The notes under the pieces: model-generated | What the model saw: the letters and a program-made list of their open reading frames with translations, nothing else | Told to the model about the DNA's origin: nothing | The model's database searches: none | DNA from: an uncultured Candidatus Saccharibacteria bacterium | GTDB taxonomy: Bacteria > Patescibacteriota > Minisyncoccia > Phycocordibacterales > GCA-2401445 | DNA length: 64,000 nt | Assembly (NCBI GenBank): GCA_964436015.1 | Contig: CAYTAR010000001.1 | Coordinates: 92,321-156,320, forward strand | Reading direction: 5' to 3' | In this document: positions 20,926-29,418 of the stretch, piece after piece | Position numbering within the stretch: the stretch's first letter is position 1 | How the letters are laid out: each line of letters starts with the position of its first letter | Translations under genes and position numbers: made by a program

Positions 20926-21616
20926 AAATTTAATTGTTAGACGTAGTAATAATACAAACAAGTACTATTACCGTGTTGGCCCCCGAGTTGGTTGTGTGTG
21001 AATGAATAGCTCTTGAAAATAAGGAGAAAGGATAACAAAAGATGAAGTGAGTCGCTCCACCGTCCCAGTCGTACATGATGACCCACATAGAAGCAGTTTT
21101 GCTTCACCGGTCGCACTTACGCCCAAGTAGCGGGCAGAAACAAGTTTGACTGAGATGCGTTCATTAACACAAGACACCAAAAACAACCCAATAGCTTTTT
21201 TATTATCGGGAGTGATGAATGGTTTTATTAGTAATCGTTCTCGTCTTGCTAAAGCATTCATATAGTTATTATTGACTACCCTCACTCGCAATTTTCTTAC
21301 TCAATACCGCGGAATACAGACTCCACGGTTACTGATTAGCATGTGTACACCATTATATTCGTTTGTCACGTATTGTCTAGTAGAAATTAACCCTTTATTA
21401 ATAAGTAAATTATTTCCTTATCCCCTTTCAGACCCGCTCATTTGGAGGGGTAATGTGTTGCTTGTAATAAAGGTATTGATTGTACGTCAGTAGTAATGGA
21501 GGCCTCAAGATAGATGAGCCTATGAGGCTCATCTACTTGTGTTCTCCCTAATACAGATAGTTAAGTGTTCTTATGTCGACAAAACTGACAATTATAAATA
21601 CTAATTTACAATTTAC

Positions 21617-21964
21617 ATGAAAAATAAAAACAGCAACGGAAAGAGCGAGGGGCACAAAGTCGCAATTGGAATCGGAGTAACCGCGCTAGCGGCAGCGGCA
21701 GCAGGAGCATACTTTCTGTATGGATCAACTAAAAGTCCTGCTCGAAGAAAAGCATTAAAGAGCTGGACGGTGAAAATGAAAGGCGAGATTATGGAAGAAA
21801 TAGAGAATGTAAAAGAGATTACTCAAGAGACATACAATGGCGTCATTGATACAGTTTCAAAAAGATATCAGGCTCTCAAAAATATAGATCAAGATGAATT
21901 ACAGGAAACAGTAAAAAGATTAAAGGGGCACTGGAAGGATATACAAAAAGAAATAAAACCTTAG
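21617..21964 (+). CDS. YtxH-like small membrane-anchored stress protein (DUF948-like)
   Basis: Sequence GIGVTALAAAAAGAYFLYGSTKSPARRKALK... followed by a coiled coil. Converges on the grpE stop. Confidence 0.5.
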   Translation: MKNKNSNGKSEGHKVAIGIGVTALAAAAAGAYFLYGSTKSPARRKALKSWTVKMKGEIMEEIENVKEITQETYNGVIDTVSKRYQALKNIDQDELQETVKRLKGHWKDIQKEIKP

Positions 21965-22575
21965 TGGTTAGTTTTTGTCTCTCCAACCTTTACTTTCGGG
22001 GCTTTAATTACCTTACCATTCAGCTCGTACCCTTTTGAAACAACTGTCGTAATGATGTCGCTCTGCTTTCCATCTTCTACCGCCTCATCTCTCATTGGGT
22101 CAAATACTTTGCCTATTGGGTCTATTTCTTTTAGTCCATTATCCTCCAGAACTTTCTTTAACTGGTGTGCAATATATTCAACCCCTATTCTCCAATTCTT
22201 ATCCACTTTTTCCCATGCCTCCTTGTTATTCATTGCCATATTGAAACTATCAAGAACTGGAATAAGTTCAGTAATGAGGTTTTCATTTGAAAAACGGACA
22301 AAATCTTTCTGTGCTTCCTCATCTCGCTTTCGTGCATTCACGAATTCAGCTTTTGACCTCTGCCACCCATCAAGATATTCTTGCCGTTCTTTTTGGCACG
22401 CACTCAACTGCTCTTTTAATTTTTTTATACGATTAGCTACACCCTCTTCCTCAACAATAATATCATCGTCATCCGCGTGGGTATGACCTTCATCAATACG
22501 AGAAACCGATTCTTCAGTATTCGGTTCAAGTACAGACTCATCTTGTGTATTACTTTCATCTCGAAACTGATTCAT
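21961..22575 (-). CDS. grpE: Nucleotide exchange factor GrpE
   Basis: An acidic N-terminus, a long helix, and a C-terminal beta domain (DPMRDEAV...VSKGYELNGKVIKAPKV). Confidence 0.9.
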   Translation of the reverse strand: MNQFRDESNTQDESVLEPNTEESVSRIDEGHTHADDDDIIVEEEGVANRIKKLKEQLSACQKERQEYLDGWQRSKAEFVNARKRDEEAQKDFVRFSNENLITELIPVLDSFNMAMNNKEAWEKVDKNWRIGVEYIAHQLKKVLEDNGLKEIDPIGKVFDPMRDEAVEDGKQSDIITTVVSKGYELNGKVIKAPKVKVGETKTNH

Positions 22576-22614
22576 AGAGATACCATTATACGATTTTCTA
22601 CGAGCATTGCAAGA

Positions 22615-22640
22615 TAAAATCCGCCGAAGCGGATTTTATG
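22615..22640 (-). terminator. Hairpin terminator after rpsI, immediately followed by a sigma70-like promoter for grpE (TTGCAA-N16-TATAAT at about 22584-22611 on the minus strand)
   Basis: Sequence aaaatccgcttcggcggatttt. Downstream on the minus strand is cttgcaa tgctcgtagaaaatcg tataat, 9 nt before the grpE ATG. Confidence 0.55.
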
Positions 22641-22656
22641 TAGTGCTTGCAAATTA

Positions 22657-23055
22657 TTAACGCTTTGACCACTGAGGTGCCTTTCGTGCTTTCTTTAAAC
22701 CCGGCTTCTTTCGCTCCTTTGATCGAGAATCACGAGTGAGTAAACCTTTTCGTTTAAGTTCAGGCCTATACAGCGTTGCGTTGATTTCATTGAGCGCTCT
22801 TGAGATACCATGGCGAAGTGCCTCAGCTTGAGCATGTACTCCACCTCCCTTAAGCACTGCGGTCACCTTTAATTTTGGAGCATCAGTAATGAACGCTTGG
22901 TGAACAATAGTCTGTAATTCTTTTGTTGGAAAATACTGCTCCAAAGTTCTTTTGTTCAAAGAAAAAGAAGTTTTACTTGCTTCAACAACTCGTACTCGAG
23001 CAGTAGCGGTTTTTCGTCTTCCAATTGCTTCAATGTAAGTTTCTTTGTTTGACAT
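22657..23055 (-). CDS. rpsI: 30S ribosomal protein S9
   Basis: C-terminal RKKPGLKKARKAPQWSKR, a characteristic S9 tail. Confidence 0.95.
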   Translation of the reverse strand: MSNKETYIEAIGRRKTATARVRVVEASKTSFSLNKRTLEQYFPTKELQTIVHQAFITDAPKLKVTAVLKGGGVHAQAEALRHGISRALNEINATLYRPELKRKGLLTRDSRSKERKKPGLKKARKAPQWSKR

Positions 23056-23056
23056 A

Positions 23057-23410
23057 TTATTCAGAAATTATGAGGTTCTTTAACATCACTGCGCGCAACT
23101 TGTTTGCAGGAAGCATATTCTTAGTTGCTGTGCGAAGCGCTTCAGCATATCCCTTCTTTGTAATCATTTGATCAAGTGTCTGCAACTTGAGTCCTCCTGG
23201 GTATCCAGTATAGGTAGTGTACACGGTGTCATCCTTCTTTTTCTGTGTAAGAGAAAGTTTACTTGCATTCGTAATTGAAACAGTAACCAAAGGAGCTTTG
23301 TTTCGTGCAAATTCAACTGAATTTTTTCCCATGAGCAAAGTTGCAGCTTCACTAGCTACTCGTCCCATTTTCTTTCCTGTTGCGTCTATTGTGTATTTCA
23401 TATTAAACAA
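23057..23410 (-). CDS. rplM: 50S ribosomal protein L13
   Basis: Sequence IDATGKKMGRVASEAATLLMGK, typical of L13. The start may be at 23401 (MKYT). Confidence 0.9.
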   Translation of the reverse strand: MFNMKYTIDATGKKMGRVASEAATLLMGKNSVEFARNKAPLVTVSITNASKLSLTQKKKDDTVYTTYTGYPGGLKLQTLDQMITKKGYAEALRTATKNMLPANKLRAVMLKNLIISE

Positions 23411-23753
23411 AAGCTATATGAGCCATTTTTGCTCCATCTCCAAGTCTAATTGGTAACTTTACTATCCGTGTGTACCCTCCTTTTCTATCAACATACTTCG
23501 GTGCAAGTGTATCAAAAATTTTCTTTACTGCAACCGGGCTTCCCAATCGAGCTGAAACCAACCTTCGTGAAGAAAGAGTATTTGCTTTTCCAGCAGTAAT
23601 CAACTTTTCAACAAATGGACGCAACTCCTTTGCTTTTGCTTCAGTGGTTTCAATACCTTCATGCAGTACCAATGAGCGCGCCAAACTCTTCAAAAGAGCC
23701 TTTCGCTGTGAGGCAGATCGTCCAAATTTTCGTACATTATCGTGGTGTCTCAT
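23403..23753 (-). CDS. rplQ: 50S ribosomal protein L17
   Basis: N-terminus MRHHDNVRKFGRSASQRKALLKSLARSLV. Confidence 0.9.
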   Translation of the reverse strand: MRHHDNVRKFGRSASQRKALLKSLARSLVLHEGIETTEAKAKELRPFVEKLITAGKANTLSSRRLVSARLGSPVAVKKIFDTLAPKYVDRKGGYTRIVKLPIRLGDGAKMAHIAFV

Positions 23754-23764
23754 GGTAAGTTTAT

Positions 23765-24733
23765 TTATTGTTTGAGCTCAAGTCCGAGATTCTTGAGTGA
23801 TGTCTTTATCTCATCAAGACCTTTTTCTCCCATTCCGTCCAATTCAAGGATATCTTCTTCTGTCTTTCGTACAAGACCTGCTACTGTTTTTATTCCCGCA
23901 TCAGTAAGCGCAGTGTGTATTCTGCTTGAGAATTCAAGATCTTCAATCTTCTTCTTAAGCGCATTTGAATTTTCTCCTGACTCAGACTCATCTCGCTTTA
24001 GCTCTTGAGCAAGCAGAGCTGCATCACCTGATTCATTTTCTTCTTTAAATCCAATGATAGCCTTAAGTTGGTGTACCATAATCTCAACAGATTGTTCAAG
24101 CGCAACTCGAGGAGCAATGATTCCGTCGGTTTCAATGTTGATTCTGAGACGATTGAAATCAGTACGATCGCCAACACGCATGTTCTCTACTTCGTAGTTA
24201 ACTCGTCGTATTGGGGTAAAAATAGCATCAAGAGCAATAACTCCAATATCTACTCTATCTTCCTTCATTACCTCTTTAGGAACATATCCAATACCTCTTT
24301 CAACGGTCATCTCTACCATAAGTTCTGCTGACTTTGAAGTAAGTTCCGCAATGTGCTGTTCAGGATTAAGAATTTCTACCTGACCTGGAGCATTGATATT
24401 TTTTGCAGTTACTGTCTGAATACCTTTCGAAGTAATAGTAAGTTGTTGTGGTTCATCAGTAAGAAGTCTAACTCGTACCTTCTTAAGGTTGAGGAGAATA
24501 GTGATAACATCCTCTCGCACACCCTCAACAGTTGAAAATTCGTGCGGTACTCCATCAATCTTTACTGAGGTGATTGCTGCACCTGGTAGAGACGAAAGAA
24601 TAATTCTTCGGAGTGAGTTACCAAGAGTGTGTCCGTACCCAGGGTACAAGCCATCTATTTCATAGATTCCTGTGTTGCCCTCTTCTTTAACAACTTTTGG
24701 TTTTGATGGAAGTACAATGCTATAGTCTGGCAT
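23765..24733 (-). CDS. rpoA: DNA-directed RNA polymerase subunit alpha
   Basis: N-terminal dimerisation domain and a C-terminal alpha-CTD (ELDGMGEKGLDEI). Confidence 0.95.
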   Translation of the reverse strand: MPDYSIVLPSKPKVVKEEGNTGIYEIDGLYPGYGHTLGNSLRRIILSSLPGAAITSVKIDGVPHEFSTVEGVREDVITILLNLKKVRVRLLTDEPQQLTITSKGIQTVTAKNINAPGQVEILNPEQHIAELTSKSAELMVEMTVERGIGYVPKEVMKEDRVDIGVIALDAIFTPIRRVNYEVENMRVGDRTDFNRLRINIETDGIIAPRVALEQSVEIMVHQLKAIIGFKEENESGDAALLAQELKRDESESGENSNALKKKIEDLEFSSRIHTALTDAGIKTVAGLVRKTEEDILELDGMGEKGLDEIKTSLKNLGLELKQ

Positions 24734-24832
24734 AGTGATATTTATCGCACTAAATTTATAAAGTTAAACAATTATACATTAATTATAAAATTCGTCAATT
24801 GTGGATGATACGACCACCCAACAGTTACCTCC

Positions 24833-25438
24833 TTATCTACTATAAAATTGCAACACTGCGTCCATGTCAAACAGTTGTTCTCCTAACTGTGGACGAGGAA
24901 CACCCGTTACAACTCCGGTCATCTTCTCAACATCAAAGGTCAACCACTGTGGTGCAGTATAATTCTTTGTTCTTTCCGCAACAGTAGCGAAAAGTGCGCT
25001 CTTCTTGCTTCCCTCTCTAATCGTAATCACATCTCCTTCTCGCACAGAATATGATGGAATTGTAATACGTTTTCCGTTTACAAGAATGTGTCCATGAGAC
25101 ACAATCTGACGAGCGAGAGCTCGAGTATGAGCTAGACCTAGTCGATGAACGACGTTATCTACTCTTCGTTCTACGTTTTCAAAAAGTTTATCAGTAGTTT
25201 TAACTCCCTTTGTACGAATAGCATCAACTACATAATTGAAAAACTGCTTTTCTCTCAAGCCGTAAATATATCGCATTTTCTGCTTCTCAAACATCTGCTT
25301 TTTGAATTCAGACATTGTGTTTCGCTTTCCTTTTTTCTCGCCACGAGTTTTAGAGAGCGCAAACTTAGCAGTTTGAGTTTTCTCAAAAATAGGAGCTCCA
25401 AGTCGTTTTGCAATTTTGTATTTTGGTCCGGTAATCAT
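24833..25438 (-). CDS. rpsD: 30S ribosomal protein S4
   Basis: Listed ORF trimmed to Met47 (MITGPKYKIAKRLG...), giving the canonical S4 N-terminus. An S4 RNA-binding domain is present. Confidence 0.9.
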   Translation of the reverse strand: MITGPKYKIAKRLGAPIFEKTQTAKFALSKTRGEKKGKRNTMSEFKKQMFEKQKMRYIYGLREKQFFNYVVDAIRTKGVKTTDKLFENVERRVDNVVHRLGLAHTRALARQIVSHGHILVNGKRITIPSYSVREGDVITIREGSKKSALFATVAERTKNYTAPQWLTFDVEKMTGVVTGVPRPQLGEQLFDMDAVLQFYSR

Positions 25439-25448
25439 AAAAATAAAA

Positions 25449-25877
25449 TTATACTCTTCGTGGCTTTTTAGCACGAACACCATTGTGCGGAACTGGTGTA
25501 ATATCTTTGATAGACAACAGGTTAATTCCCTTTCCAGCAAATGCTCGGATAGATGACTCACGTCCAGAACCAACACCCTTAACTATAACTGCTACTTCCT
25601 GCATACCGATTGAGGTTGCTTGGTCAGCAACTAATTCTGCAACTTTTGCAGCTGCGAACGGAGTCCCCTTTTTCGCGCCTTTAAATCCAATCGCTCCTGA
25701 TGAAGACTGATATATTGAATTTCCACTTGCATCTGTGAGGGTCACTATAGTGTTATTGTAAGTTGCTTGAACATACAATCGCCCTGAAGCAACCTTCTTT
25801 TTGATAGTTCGAACAGCCCCAGATGACGCTGATCCTCCTGTATCTCCACCCTTTGTAGCTATCTTTACCTTACCCAT
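25449..25877 (-). CDS. rpsK: 30S ribosomal protein S11
   Basis: Sequence GRLYVQATYNNTIVTLTD...GSGRESSIRA. Confidence 0.95.
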   Translation of the reverse strand: MGKVKIATKGGDTGGSASSGAVRTIKKKVASGRLYVQATYNNTIVTLTDASGNSIYQSSSGAIGFKGAKKGTPFAAAKVAELVADQATSIGMQEVAVIVKGVGSGRESSIRAFAGKGINLLSIKDITPVPHNGVRAKKPRRV

Positions 25878-25896
25878 TTGTTCGTCTGATTAGTGA

Positions 25897-26277
25897 TTAT
25901 TTCTTATCAACGGCCTTACGTCCTGAACCCATTGTCTTTCGAATATTACCCTTTGAGGTACGACAATTTGTTTTTGTTCTCTGTCCCCGTGATGGCAAAC
26001 GACGCGTGTGCCGTGTACCCCGGTATGACTTGATATCTTTCAAGCGCTTTATATTTGAAGAGACTTCTCGTCTCAAATCTCCTTCTAACCTTAATGTTTC
26101 AATTACCTCTCTTATCTTTTGTTCCTCTTGCTGAGAAAGTGCATTTGGTTTTGCGCCAAATTCCACACCAGCTTGAGTTAAAATTTTCTGTGCGCGAGAA
26201 CGTCCGATACCATACACCGCTGTCAAGGCGATTTCCATTCTCTTTTTTTCTGGAAGTGTAATACCAAGTACTCTCAT
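25897..26277 (-). CDS. rpsM: 30S ribosomal protein S13
   Basis: Sequence ALTAVYGIGRSRAQKIL...KRLKDIKSYRGTRH. Confidence 0.95.
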   Translation of the reverse strand: MRVLGITLPEKKRMEIALTAVYGIGRSRAQKILTQAGVEFGAKPNALSQQEEQKIREVIETLRLEGDLRREVSSNIKRLKDIKSYRGTRHTRRLPSRGQRTKTNCRTSKGNIRKTMGSGRKAVDKK

Positions 26278-26279
26278 AA

Positions 26280-26396
26280 CTATCCTTGTCGTGCCTTATG
26301 GCGCGGATTCTTTTTATTAATCAAAAACAAGCGTCCACGACGTCGGACGATCTTGTCATCTGGACTTCTCTTTTTAATTGATGATTTTACTTTCAT
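26280..26396 (-). CDS. rpmJ: 50S ribosomal protein L36 (Cys-less, zinc-free variant)
   Basis: Hand translation gives [38 protein letters not shown], 38 aa. It is absent from the ORF track because it is under 60 aa. It sits between infA and rpsM as in the canonical spc/alpha region. Confidence 0.85.
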   Translation of the reverse strand: MKVKSSIKKRSPDDKIVRRRGRLFLINKKNPRHKARQG

Positions 26397-26434
26397 AAAT
26401 ACGCAATAAAACAGAGCACGCTCTGTTTTACTTT

Positions 26435-26650
26435 TTACAAACGCTTGATCAGACGGTGTTTTTCACCATACTGATCCATTTCAACGACAACCTTGTCTCC
26501 TACGAGAACACGAATTCTAAATCGTCGCATCTTGCCTGCAAGGTACGCTTTGATTTCTACACCTGTGGTCAACATAACACGAAAAGTCGCATTTGGGAGC
26601 GATTCTATGACCACTCCTTCTGCAGTTTGTTGTGTGTTTACTGTCCCCAT
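26435..26650 (-). CDS. infA: Translation initiation factor IF-1
   Basis: Characteristic 71-aa S1-like sequence ([14 protein letters not shown]...). Confidence 0.95.
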   Translation of the reverse strand: MGTVNTQQTAEGVVIESLPNATFRVMLTTGVEIKAYLAGKMRRFRIRVLVGDKVVVEMDQYGEKHRLIKRL

Positions 26651-26727
26651 GTGAAAGTTAGCGTCTCGCTATACTAACAAAGTACTAAAATAGAGTCAAG
26701 TACCCTGTGTATAAGCGAGCCACCATA

Positions 26728-28080
26728 CTAGTTGTCTTCAAGTACTTTTACTCGAATTCGAGCCTCCCTATCGGGCAGGACATCCTGCCAAAACGGACGT
26801 ACGGTAATTTGAGCCGTTTTTATCTCTCTGTGATTCTTTAATATGGCCTCACCATCAGATTTGAGCTTACCTACGAGGTCTTTCTTTAGAGCTTCTTCAT
26901 CAAACTTCCACACTAAACGAGCTGGCCCGCTCAATGTGAAAGAAAACTGTGTATCTGTTGAAGGTTCAATTGACGCTTTATCAAGAACAGAGAATGTTAA
27001 ATCAGCAGGATTCATAAGCTGTATTGGTTCCCCTTCGTACGAACCGATAGTTTTTTCAGCAACATACTCAGACAGATCATCTTTATTAAATATAAACGCA
27101 TGCGCATACGCTTTCTCTGTCACTATTAACCCGTTCTTATCACTACTGTCTCTATTAGGAAGAGACTCAAATGAGGTAAAAATAGCATCGTCGTACAACA
27201 CAAAACCTTCAGGAAACTGAGTCATGATATCTCTCCTAACGCTTTCAAGTAATTCTTTCTGTAATTCCTGCTGTGCAGCAGCAACTAATTCTGGCGTTGC
27301 AACATTTACCTCTCCTGAAAATCCTCCAGTTATAGGAGTAGTAGAACGTGCGTAGAACTTTGCGTATCGGGGGTCACCTTTGAATCCTGGTATAGTAAAA
27401 TCTGTTTGGCCGATATTATACTGCTCTCCTGGAGAATCAGCATACACGGTAACCTCAATACTTCCTGGTACAGGTTCAGATCCAGCAACAGTCTTCATCC
27501 CTGGAACCACAACTGAACGGTCAATTCTGTATATGAGTCCGTTTGGATCCTCAAAACGAGTATTGGTAATTAAACGTTGAGGCTGAGTGCTAAATGTATT
27601 ATAGATAACGATTGTTCCAGAAGCTCTCTTTTGCACCAATTCACGCCCTGTTGCAGGAACGGTTTTAGATAACTCCTGAGTAACTACAGCGGTCTGATAC
27701 GCAAGATCTGTGGGTGATTGTGGATTAAGGTATGCAATACCAGTATCATCTATTCTAACCTCAGCGTGATTTATCGTAACATCCACGCGCGCTCCGGAAA
27801 AAAGCATTGAAAGCAAAAATAGTCCTCCCACAACCAAGAAAAGGATGATAATCCACATGAGTTTTTGCGACTTCCTTCGCTGAGGGTATTCCCTACGTGG
27901 CGGAGTTTCTCGAGGAACATTCGGACTCGATGTTGAAGAACTGGAGGTACTGCCTGTATTTTGTTGATTCTCATTCTCAATAGGAAGACGGATGCGCTTT
28001 CTATGATGATGCTCTATTGAAAGGTCCCGAATGCTTTTTCGGTTTGGCGGAACTACATCTTGTACTAGAGGTTTTGGCAT
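26728..28080 (-). CDS. Hypothetical bitopic membrane protein
   Basis: A basic, Ser-rich 85-aa cytoplasmic head, a single TM (WIIILFLVVGGLFLL) and a ~350-aa extracytoplasmic domain. Confidence 0.5.
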   Translation of the reverse strand: MPKPLVQDVVPPNRKSIRDLSIEHHHRKRIRLPIENENQQNTGSTSSSSTSSPNVPRETPPRREYPQRRKSQKLMWIIILFLVVGGLFLLSMLFSGARVDVTINHAEVRIDDTGIAYLNPQSPTDLAYQTAVVTQELSKTVPATGRELVQKRASGTIVIYNTFSTQPQRLITNTRFEDPNGLIYRIDRSVVVPGMKTVAGSEPVPGSIEVTVYADSPGEQYNIGQTDFTIPGFKGDPRYAKFYARSTTPITGGFSGEVNVATPELVAAAQQELQKELLESVRRDIMTQFPEGFVLYDDAIFTSFESLPNRDSSDKNGLIVTEKAYAHAFIFNKDDLSEYVAEKTIGSYEGEPIQLMNPADLTFSVLDKASIEPSTDTQFSFTLSGPARLVWKFDEEALKKDLVGKLKSDGEAILKNHREIKTAQITVRPFWQDVLPDREARIRVKVLEDN

Positions 28081-28129
28081 TTTTTTAGATCATTAACACT
28101 ATGTATATATAGTAACAGAAATACAACAT

Positions 28130-29368
28130 CTATTCCATCGGTTTTTGTGGATTCGGTTGCATATTTACAACCGTATCTAGAAATAGACCACCAACGGTCA
28201 AGAAGACGTCTCGAGTAACCCCTTGATTATACCGAACAAAAGGAGAAAGCGTTTGCTCACGCACAAGAACGATTGTGTACTTTTCTCCATTAAACTCATA
28301 TCGTGTGGTGTTACCTAAAGATGAAAACCGTGAAAACCACTCATGTGTTTGTTTATCAGCCAAAATAAAAATTTGTTTTGGCATTGTACCTGATGATTCT
28401 ACAGACGTAATAACTGATTCAAAAAATTCTTTAAGCTTCTCAACCGCCTGCGTGAGTACCCGTTCCACCTTAATTCGCGATTTTGAATCCAGAGAATCAT
28501 TTGCGTACATAGAAAGCATTGAAACTGCCTCCTCTGCTACGGTGGTGAATTGTTTTGAGACTTCCCTGATCAAAACATTTTTTCCTACAGGTGCAGAAAA
28601 AACCTCCTTAAGTACCCCATCACGAATAACTGACACATCAGTAACTTCTCCACTCATATCAATCATTGCAAAATTATTCTCTGCAACAAAATTATCGCGC
28701 AATACTGAGAAGGATGCGAGCGGAAATGTATGAAATACAATGTCACGAACCCCAAATGCGGATTCTATAATTGAAGTAACTTCCTCCCGTATCTGTTTTG
28801 AAACTACGCTTAAAAATATAGCAGTATCAAGCACTTTTGACTTTTTATTGTACGGATCAGATACTTCATACCCATTCAGCTTCACCTGCACCGTAGCGTG
28901 GTCTATCACGGACAAACTATCGCTCGTATTAAGTATCTTCTTTTTATGTTCTTCAGAAAGGAAATCATCTATCTCCTTTTGAGTAATTTTTTGAAGCATT
29001 TCAGGGGTAAGTTCAAATGAATCCGTCTGTTCAAAATGTATTCTTCGTGTTTGAGACATAAACCACGGAGACGCAAACAAAACGAGCACGTGTTTAATGT
29101 GTTTGTTGCGAAGTGGAATAAAATTAAGATGCGGAACCCCTTCCTTACTCAACATATCAACAACACCGACAAGCGCTGACTTCATCGCATGATAGAAATC
29201 ATCAAAATTCTTGTAGTCTTTGAACGCAATCGGCGCACGGTAGGTGTACAGCACTATAGGGCGATCATGACGAGAAGTGCACATGAGTGATGCACCCACA
29301 GAACCACTTGCGATATCAAATACAATCGCCACTTCTTCGTGTTTGTGTCGCGAGAAAGAAAATGCCAT
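28130..29368 (-). CDS. Actin-fold ATPase (FtsA/PilM-like)
   Basis: Phosphate-1-like VAIVFDIASGSVGASL and phosphate-2-like AMIDMSGEVTDVSVIRDG. Immediately upstream of the bitopic membrane protein. Confidence 0.5.
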   Translation of the reverse strand: MAFSFSRHKHEEVAIVFDIASGSVGASLMCTSRHDRPIVLYTYRAPIAFKDYKNFDDFYHAMKSALVGVVDMLSKEGVPHLNFIPLRNKHIKHVLVLFASPWFMSQTRRIHFEQTDSFELTPEMLQKITQKEIDDFLSEEHKKKILNTSDSLSVIDHATVQVKLNGYEVSDPYNKKSKVLDTAIFLSVVSKQIREEVTSIIESAFGVRDIVFHTFPLASFSVLRDNFVAENNFAMIDMSGEVTDVSVIRDGVLKEVFSAPVGKNVLIREVSKQFTTVAEEAVSMLSMYANDSLDSKSRIKVERVLTQAVEKLKEFFESVITSVESSGTMPKQIFILADKQTHEWFSRFSSLGNTTRYEFNGEKYTIVLVREQTLSPFVRYNQGVTRDVFLTVGGLFLDTVVNMQPNPQKPME

Positions 29369-29418
29369 ATTACTTTATTGTACACTGGCAGGGGTTCTTA
29401 CCAAACAGAGATATGTGG

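Noticed and set aside
22576-22656. CIRCE/HrcA operator upstream of grpE or dnaK
   Set aside because: Only a terminator hairpin plus ttgcaag/cttgcaa direct repeats are present. The TTAGCACTC-N9-GAGTGCTAA inverted repeat is absent at both loci.
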